From the NCBI GenBank assembly GCA_016839365.1, contig JAEOUH010000056.1, positions 1 to 11,619 of the forward strand: a DNA stretch of 11,619 bases, written 5' to 3'. Made by a program: the position numbers and the translations under genes. The notes below the pieces were generated by a model. That model did no database searches. It saw only the letters and a list, made by a program, of their open reading frames with translations, and was not told where the DNA came from. Positions within the stretch are counted from its first letter, which is position 1, and every line of letters begins with the position of its first letter. This stretch comes from Candidatus Hermodarchaeota archaeon. Its GTDB lineage: Archaea > Asgardarchaeota > Hermodarchaeia > Hermodarchaeales > Hermodarchaeaceae. Of the stretch, positions 6,454 through 11,619 are shown piece by piece.

Positions 6454-7512
6454 TTAGTTAACCAGCTTCGTAACGGCTTTGAGTCGCATTTCGGCCTCTT
6501 TGATGATACGATCAATGACTTCTTGGACTGTTGGGATGTTATCGATGCCGCCGATAGTTTGACCAACAAGGATAGGACCTTTCTGGACATCCCCCTTGTA
6601 GACAAGTTCGTAGCGTTCCATCTCGTCGAGGAGATCATCTGCGGTCATTGAGGACTCTTCCGCCATGCGAGCTTCGCGGTCGGGAACCGGCACCCCATGC
6701 TCCTTGGAGTATTCGTTCTTAAGCAGTCGAATGGGTCCAAAGGCACCTGTTGTCACGACGGTGTCTTCGTCAGTTGCAGGGAGAATGAGGGCTTTGTAGT
6801 CATCGTGGAATTCGCATTCTTTAGTGGCAATAAATCGGGTGCCCATTTGAATACCAACTGCTCCCATTGCTAGAGCACCAGCTAGGCCTTTGCCATCAAA
6901 ATATCCACCGCAAGAAACGACGGGCAGGGCACCGGCCATTTCAACCATTTCAGCGGTGAGAACAGTGGTTGCAACTTTCTCATACGAGTTGTGACCACCA
7001 CCTTCGTAGCCAGTAGCAACAATACCATCAAGAACACCTTTTGTGCCTGGGAATTTCTTTTGGAACCAGGCTGGATCGAGTGCTTTTACTGCCAGCCATT
7101 TGGCAGGAATCACATGGAAGACTAAAAGGTCTGGGTCGACTTCCTTGAAGTGATGGGCACCAGGACGGGGATCACCTGCTGAGGTAATAACCAGGCGGAG
7201 TTGCTCTCTAACTTTTTTGTTCTCCTTCCGAATCCGTGGGATGAGTTTAATCAGTTCAGGATAGTCGATTTGGAGTCGAGCTGTTCGAATGTTGACGCCA
7301 AAGGGTCCATCGGTATTTTCAACCACGTCGAGGATGTTCTTTTCCATCTCTTTGATGGGGTCCATATTACGTAGGTTTGTGTGGGAAACAATACCGAAGG
7401 CACCTGCGTTGGAGACGGCTGCACACAGTTTGGTTGTATAGAATGGTCCCATTGCCGCTTGGATTATGGGGTGTTTGCAGCCGAGCATTTCGGTGAGTTT
7501 AGTTTTAATCAT
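6454..7512 (-). CDS. Nitronate monooxygenase / enoyl-ACP reductase II (FabK) family FMN-dependent oxidoreductase
   Basis: TKLTEMLGCKHPIIQAAMG, AAVSNAGAFG, PFGVN, GYEGGGH (catalytic His), CGG.FDGKGLAGALAMGAVGIQMGTRFIATKEC, GQ..G.I. The track's GTG 7521 is part of the AGGTGA SD, so ATG 7512 is the likely start. Confidence 0.93.
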   Translation of the reverse strand: MIKTKLTEMLGCKHPIIQAAMGPFYTTKLCAAVSNAGAFGIVSHTNLRNMDPIKEMEKNILDVVENTDGPFGVNIRTARLQIDYPELIKLIPRIRKENKKVREQLRLVITSAGDPRPGAHHFKEVDPDLLVFHVIPAKWLAVKALDPAWFQKKFPGTKGVLDGIVATGYEGGGHNSYEKVATTVLTAEMVEMAGALPVVSCGGYFDGKGLAGALAMGAVGIQMGTRFIATKECEFHDDYKALILPATDEDTVVTTGAFGPIRLLKNEYSKEHGVPVPDREARMAEESSMTADDLLDEMERYELVYKGDVQKGPILVGQTIGGIDNIPTVQEVIDRIIKEAEMRLKAVTKLVN

Positions 7513-7726
7513 GAATTTCACCTAACCAGGGATGAAAGAAATTTTGTATAGGGTTTTCGTTTCCATTGGCGGTTGGGGTCATTTAAGTGTGCTTAATGTT
7601 ACGCAAGATTTCAAAATCGTCAACCTTATAGTGCCGTATTCTAAGGATTATCTCGACAGATTGGCCTCAGAATTTTGAGGAAATGGCTACACATATTGCA
7701 CCAAGCTTCCTGCAGGTGAAATCAAG

Positions 7727-7933
7727 ATGGCGGGTCTCAGTAAGATAGATATTGCCTGTATCGGCTTCATGACATTCGTGGTACTCACTGTCTCTGGCTA
7801 TATGGCAGTTTTTCGTGGTTGGGCAGAAATCGATGGCAGCATTATTTGGCTGGGCTGGATTTGGTGGGTCGTCTTCGGACTTGTGATTGCATCACTACTT
7901 GTCATTATTTCATCCAGACACAGATCAGGCTAG
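7727..7933 (+). CDS. Small hypothetical membrane protein (68 aa, two TM helices)
   Basis: AGGTGA SD lies 7 nt before the ATG. The protein has two long hydrophobic segments and a basic C-terminus (SRHRSG). Confidence 0.7.
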   Translation: MAGLSKIDIACIGFMTFVVLTVSGYMAVFRGWAEIDGSIIWLGWIWWVVFGLVIASLLVIISSRHRSG

Positions 7934-8003
7934 TAAAAAGTCAGATATAAGAATCCCAAGTGGTGAATGCTTATCCGCATCCTCACTTGGTCTTGTGGTT
8001 TGA

Positions 8004-9113
8004 ATGATTGAATTTGGACAACAACTCTTCTACTCGCAATCCTGGGATTTAGTGAAAACCAAACTTACCCAAATGATTGAGCAAAAGAACTGGAGCATTT
8101 GCTGGGTACCCGATCATTTACGCGGAATGACAAATTTTGGTATTGATACTTTTCTTTCACCGTGGACAATGCTAGGTGCTTTCACAGAACTAACCTCAGA
8201 GATGTCTTTTGGAGTCGCCGTGACCGATGCGATCCGTTTACACCCAGCCTCCTTAGCGCAAAACGCGGTCTCGTTAGATCATCAATCAGGTGGCCGGTTC
8301 ATCCTTGGTATTGGTGCTGGCGAAAAAATGAATCTGGCTGCCTATGGGTTTGATTCGAAATACGCTGTGAGCCGCCTAAAGGAATGTATCGAAGTCATGA
8401 AATTATTATGGGGTCAAACTGAACCAGTGAGCCATCAAGGTCGATTCTACAACCTGAGACGCGCTGTTCTTGAACCCAAACCCCTGACACAACCGAATCC
8501 TCCCCTTTGGATTGCCGGAAATGGTCCACGGACTCGAAAATTAACTGCCCAACATGCAGATGGCTGGCTACCTCATGCTGCGTTACCAGAATTATACCGA
8601 GAGGATCTGAAGGATATCCACCAACTTATGAAACGTTTTGACCGTGATCCTGCGAATTTTACTGCGGGATACTGGGGGCGAGTGTTTATGCATGATGACC
8701 CAGAACGCATAGCTCAATATCTGGGAAATCATCGGGCACAACTCGTCTTACAGCCGCAGGTCTTGGTCGCTCTGGGTTATTGGAAGGATGAGTATGCTCA
8801 GATTTATCTGGAACAGGGCCTTCATCCAGATCGGATCAGTTTACTAACCTATGATTCTGATGATGTGGTCAAACTCGATTTCAGTAAGCTGTTCCCTATC
8901 GTTGAGGATATTCCTGAAACTGCGGTCAAATCCACTACCTTGGTAGGATCCCCTGAAGACATTCGAAAGACAGTCCAGGCATACGTATCAGCAGGAGCAC
9001 AGAGCTTCTGTTTTGAAATCACCAATGGAGTCAGTAAACGAAATGCACCCTTTACCTACTTTGATGTGTCACGCATCCTCGCACAGAATATCTTTCCTTC
9101 GTTAGAATGCTAG
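8004..9113 (+). CDS. LLM (luciferase-like) class flavin/F420-dependent oxidoreductase
   Basis: WVPDHL, G.AVTD..R.HPA.LAQ...SLD..SGGRFILGIGAGE, PPLWIAGNGPRT..L....ADGW and LVGSPED are LLM family motifs. Confidence 0.93.
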   Translation: MIEFGQQLFYSQSWDLVKTKLTQMIEQKNWSICWVPDHLRGMTNFGIDTFLSPWTMLGAFTELTSEMSFGVAVTDAIRLHPASLAQNAVSLDHQSGGRFILGIGAGEKMNLAAYGFDSKYAVSRLKECIEVMKLLWGQTEPVSHQGRFYNLRRAVLEPKPLTQPNPPLWIAGNGPRTRKLTAQHADGWLPHAALPELYREDLKDIHQLMKRFDRDPANFTAGYWGRVFMHDDPERIAQYLGNHRAQLVLQPQVLVALGYWKDEYAQIYLEQGLHPDRISLLTYDSDDVVKLDFSKLFPIVEDIPETAVKSTTLVGSPEDIRKTVQAYVSAGAQSFCFEITNGVSKRNAPFTYFDVSRILAQNIFPSLEC

Positions 9114-10324
9114 CGTTCAACTTTTCTTCCAAGGATAAACACAAAGAGTGCTAAGAAGAATTTGCCCACAAATGCAGTAACACTTGCGAACCAAAATTGG
9201 GGGATCTGTTCAATCGGGATGGGAGGAGCAACCGCAAAGGATACCATGGCCGTTGCTAAATTAGTGATAAATCCTGGTATTCCCTGAGTCGGATTGAAGA
9301 GGAAGAGTACAATAGCCGACAACAGAACGGTTACCATTGTCCAGGCAATCAGTTTTGATGGTTCTTCACCATACCCAAAAAGTGTGTCCAGTAATTTGCT
9401 GCTGATGCCACGTAATGTCCAGTGTACGCGCTCCGTTGTGGAAGGTTTTTCGTCATTATTTTTCTCGATAACTTGCCCAGATGCTTTCTGCCAGTAGTAT
9501 CTTCGCATTGAACGTATTTCTTTGAGATAGTGGTTGCTACTTCGGTCTAATCGACCTTCCTGTTTGAAATATATTTTCAGAACTCGATGATCTCGAGCAA
9601 TATCACGGTAATCACGGGGCTCAATCACATAATCCTCAATAGTGTAGGCTCTGAGTTTATCCCCGGAACTTAGATCTGAACGGAGGCCAATACGTTTCTG
9701 TTGTGCAACTAACTGCTCCAAGGATTCGGCGTTTTTTAGCGTACAGAGCATAAGCCGAGCTGAGCCAAATTCACCGGCAAAGTAACAATGCGTGATGTGA
9801 GCACCTTCAAAATGCGCTAGTTGCAGATCCGCCCCCCGGAAATCAGTATATTCACAGACTGCACCATCAAACATGGCATTTTCCAGGTTAGCCCGCACTA
9901 AATCAGCGAACTGTAATTGAGTTAAGATTAGTTGAGCCCCGTATAAGTTGGCACCCCAAAGAATTGCCCCCTTAAGATTTGCACCCCACAAATCAGCTTC
10001 ATGTAAATTGGCTTGTGAGAGATTCGCCCCTTGAAGATTAGCCTTCATCAAAGTGGCACCATGAAGATTGGCATCATGTAACAGAACTTCCAATAAAATC
10101 GCTTCATCGAGGCGTGCATCAACGAGATGGGCTTCACACAGATGCTTGTGTTCCTCTTCAGCTTCACTGAAATCAATACCACGAAAATCCTTATCAGGTA
10201 ACACTTGGTGCCATCGACAATAGGGGCTTCCAGGAACAGTAGGGTGTGTGCATCTTTCCCCTCGCTTATGACATGGACGCTCGTACCGGTAGATATAGGT
10301 GCAGACTGCTGGTGGAACAGACAA
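9110..10324 (-). CDS. Pentapeptide-repeat protein with an N-terminal Cys/His finger and a C-terminal K-channel-like membrane domain
   Basis: TTG start after a GAGGGGG SD. Domain order: N-terminal C-x9-C-x6-C-x10-C-x2-H, about 24 A(N/D)Lxx repeats, a helical linker, FGYGEEP, then TM, pore-helix-like segment and TM ending LGRKVER. The stop overlaps the LLM gene's stop (shared CTAG). Confidence 0.9.
   Translation of the reverse strand: MSVPPAVCTYIYRYERPCHKRGERCTHPTVPGSPYCRWHQVLPDKDFRGIDFSEAEEEHKHLCEAHLVDARLDEAILLEVLLHDANLHGATLMKANLQGANLSQANLHEADLWGANLKGAILWGANLYGAQLILTQLQFADLVRANLENAMFDGAVCEYTDFRGADLQLAHFEGAHITHCYFAGEFGSARLMLCTLKNAESLEQLVAQQKRIGLRSDLSSGDKLRAYTIEDYVIEPRDYRDIARDHRVLKIYFKQEGRLDRSSNHYLKEIRSMRRYYWQKASGQVIEKNNDEKPSTTERVHWTLRGISSKLLDTLFGYGEEPSKLIAWTMVTVLLSAIVLFLFNPTQGIPGFITNLATAMVSFAVAPPIPIEQIPQFWFASVTAFVGKFFLALFVFILGRKVER
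9773..10132 (-). repeat. Coding 15-bp-periodic pentapeptide repeat tract (about 24 units)
   Basis: AHLVD ARLDE AILLE VLLHD ANLHG ATLMK ANLQG ANLSQ ANLHE ADLWG ANLKG AILWG ANLYG ... ADLQL AHFEG AHITH CYFAG. Confidence 0.9.
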
Positions 10325-10541
10325 ATATGAACCCCCTCTGGAAGAACTATACCGTCGTTCGGGAAGGTTGATACCTCGCTATCCTATCACTCTGTTTTTG
10401 TGCCGTTATATGGCTTTGGGAGACAACGAGGGGAGTTTTGATTGAGCCGCGGATTCTTGAGCCTATATGAGAATCTCTTATATGGGTCAGGGAACGCTAA
10501 CCTGCCTAGAAAGATTAGCTAGATACCGTGGGTGTGGACGC

Positions 10542-11618
10542 ATGGAAGAAGCGGAATCCTTTGTTGAACACGACAATCGTTTGGCTTCCGTGGATGTGCT
10601 GCGTGGAGTTGCCCTCATTTTCATGGTCATCAACCATTTTGGACAAACCTTCGTGGGTGGAGGCTTCCATTCTCTCGTAGCCATGCTAATCCTATTCTTT
10701 GGAATCATTCCTGCACCATTGTTCTATGTTGTTGCAGGGATTAGTATTGTTTTGGTGAACAATCGTTTCCAACAGAAGGGTACTCCTCCATCATCCATAT
10801 GGGGATGGGTACTCACCCGAGGTATTCTCATCATGGGCTTGGGCTATCTGTTCTCGGTGGTAATGTTTGGTACAATCTGGATTCTGGACTGGAGTATCCT
10901 TCAACTTATTGGTCTGTCACTCATTGTTGCCCAACTCACCCTTTTTATGCCAAAACGCTATCGCTTCGTCCTTCCAATTCTAATTATCGTTTTAGCTCCA
11001 TTTCTCCGAGTCTGGTTGAATTATGAAGCCATCGTGGGAACTGTGGGTAATATTCAGTATGCTCCGCCTCAAACATGGGTAGATCACCTCTCAGCTATCA
11101 TTGCTACTGGTAAAGCCCCCCTTTTCCCCTGGCTTGCCTGCCCTATTATTGGCACCTTTATTGGGGAAGCATTTATCCAAAAGCCTTCCAATCCACGTCG
11201 GCTCGTGTACGACCTATTGGTCGTGGGTGGCTTGATGTGTTCCTTGGTCCTTCCATTTTTCCTTCTTGGTGACCCTGTTACTCAATATCCTTTAACCAAC
11301 GGGTTCTTTTTGCTCTCGACCGGCATGGCTCTTCTTACGGTTGCCAGTGTGGTTACTACTGTTGATGTTTGGCAATGGTGGAATCCCGCCAGTCGGTTCT
11401 TCGAAATCAACGGACAAATAGCCCTCATTTCCTATGTAGCACATCATCTGTATGGCATCGTCTTTTTTGGTGTAATATTAGGATTCTACCGCACAATTGG
11501 AATTGGGGGGTGGCTATTAATTACCTTAAGCTATTTTTGCCTCTCAGTTCTGTTTGCTTATTTCTGGCTCCCTTTCAAGAAACGGCGTTCATCTTATTGG
11601 GATATTGTTCTAACCTAC
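10542..11618 (+). CDS. DUF1624 / heparan-alpha-glucosaminide N-acetyltransferase-like multi-pass membrane acyltransferase; 3' end runs off the window
   Basis: Manual translation from ATG 10542: MEEAESFVEHDNRLASVDVLRGVALIFMVINHFG...APLFYVVAGIS...TRG...ILQLIGLS...PLFPWLA. It carries the R..S.D.LRG.A...M...H signature and many TM segments, and the frame stays open to the window end. Missing from the ORF track. Confidence 0.88.
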   Translation, partial: MEEAESFVEHDNRLASVDVLRGVALIFMVINHFGQTFVGGGFHSLVAMLILFFGIIPAPLFYVVAGISIVLVNNRFQQKGTPPSSIWGWVLTRGILIMGLGYLFSVVMFGTIWILDWSILQLIGLSLIVAQLTLFMPKRYRFVLPILIIVLAPFLRVWLNYEAIVGTVGNIQYAPPQTWVDHLSAIIATGKAPLFPWLACPIIGTFIGEAFIQKPSNPRRLVYDLLVVGGLMCSLVLPFFLLGDPVTQYPLTNGFFLLSTGMALLTVASVVTTVDVWQWWNPASRFFEINGQIALISYVAHHLYGIVFFGVILGFYRTIGIGGWLLITLSYFCLSVLFAYFWLPFKKRRSSYWDIVLTY

Positions 11619-11619
11619 C

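Noticed and set aside
4008-6651. ORFs 4008-4217, 4963-5166, 5151-5390, 5513-5779, 5557-5862, 6307-6651 and 6312-6638
   Set aside because: Shadow or alternate-frame ORFs of the nuclease, GT8-like, MBL and NMO genes.
9360-9376. GYG in FGYGEEP as the potassium selectivity filter
   Set aside because: It precedes the first TM helix rather than following a pore helix. It is the usual pre-TM GYGE.P motif of this family.
8162-11026. ORFs 8162-8353, 9294-9497, 10487-10708 and 10799-11026
   Set aside because: They lie within or overlap the LLM, pentapeptide and DUF1624 genes in other frames or strands.
4454-11618. GT8-like gene and DUF1624 acyltransferase as one glycan-modification cluster
   Set aside because: They are more than 5 kb apart on opposite strands, with unrelated genes between them.

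Overview
Archaeal-looking chromosomal window, judged from GGTGA/GTGAT/GAGG ribosome-binding motifs and BRE-TATA promoters; an Asgard or related sediment archaeon is an inference, not a determination. It holds mixed accessory and metabolic genes. From left to right: a YyaL/SPATA20-type thioredoxin-domain protein (-, runs off the left edge, absent from the ORF track); two small hypothetical genes; a two-gene operon of a Cys-cluster HTH regulator and a membrane-flanked PH-domain (YdbS-like) protein; a solitary PD-(D/E)xK nuclease; a GT8-like glycosyltransferase; a COG1237-type MBL-fold hydrolase; a nitronate monooxygenase/FabK-family flavoenzyme; a small 2-TM protein; an LLM-class oxidoreductase; a pentapeptide-repeat protein with a Cys/His finger and a degenerate K-channel-like tail; and a DUF1624/HGSNAT-like acyltransferase (+, runs off the right edge, absent from the track). 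The most notable signal is the 3507-3896 intergenic region. It contains two copies of a 25-bp dyad operator, each next to one of two divergent TATA boxes, plus an unannotated 41-aa signal-peptide-like ORF transcribed opposite the regulator/PH operon. I found no rRNA, tRNA, CRISPR array or IS element.
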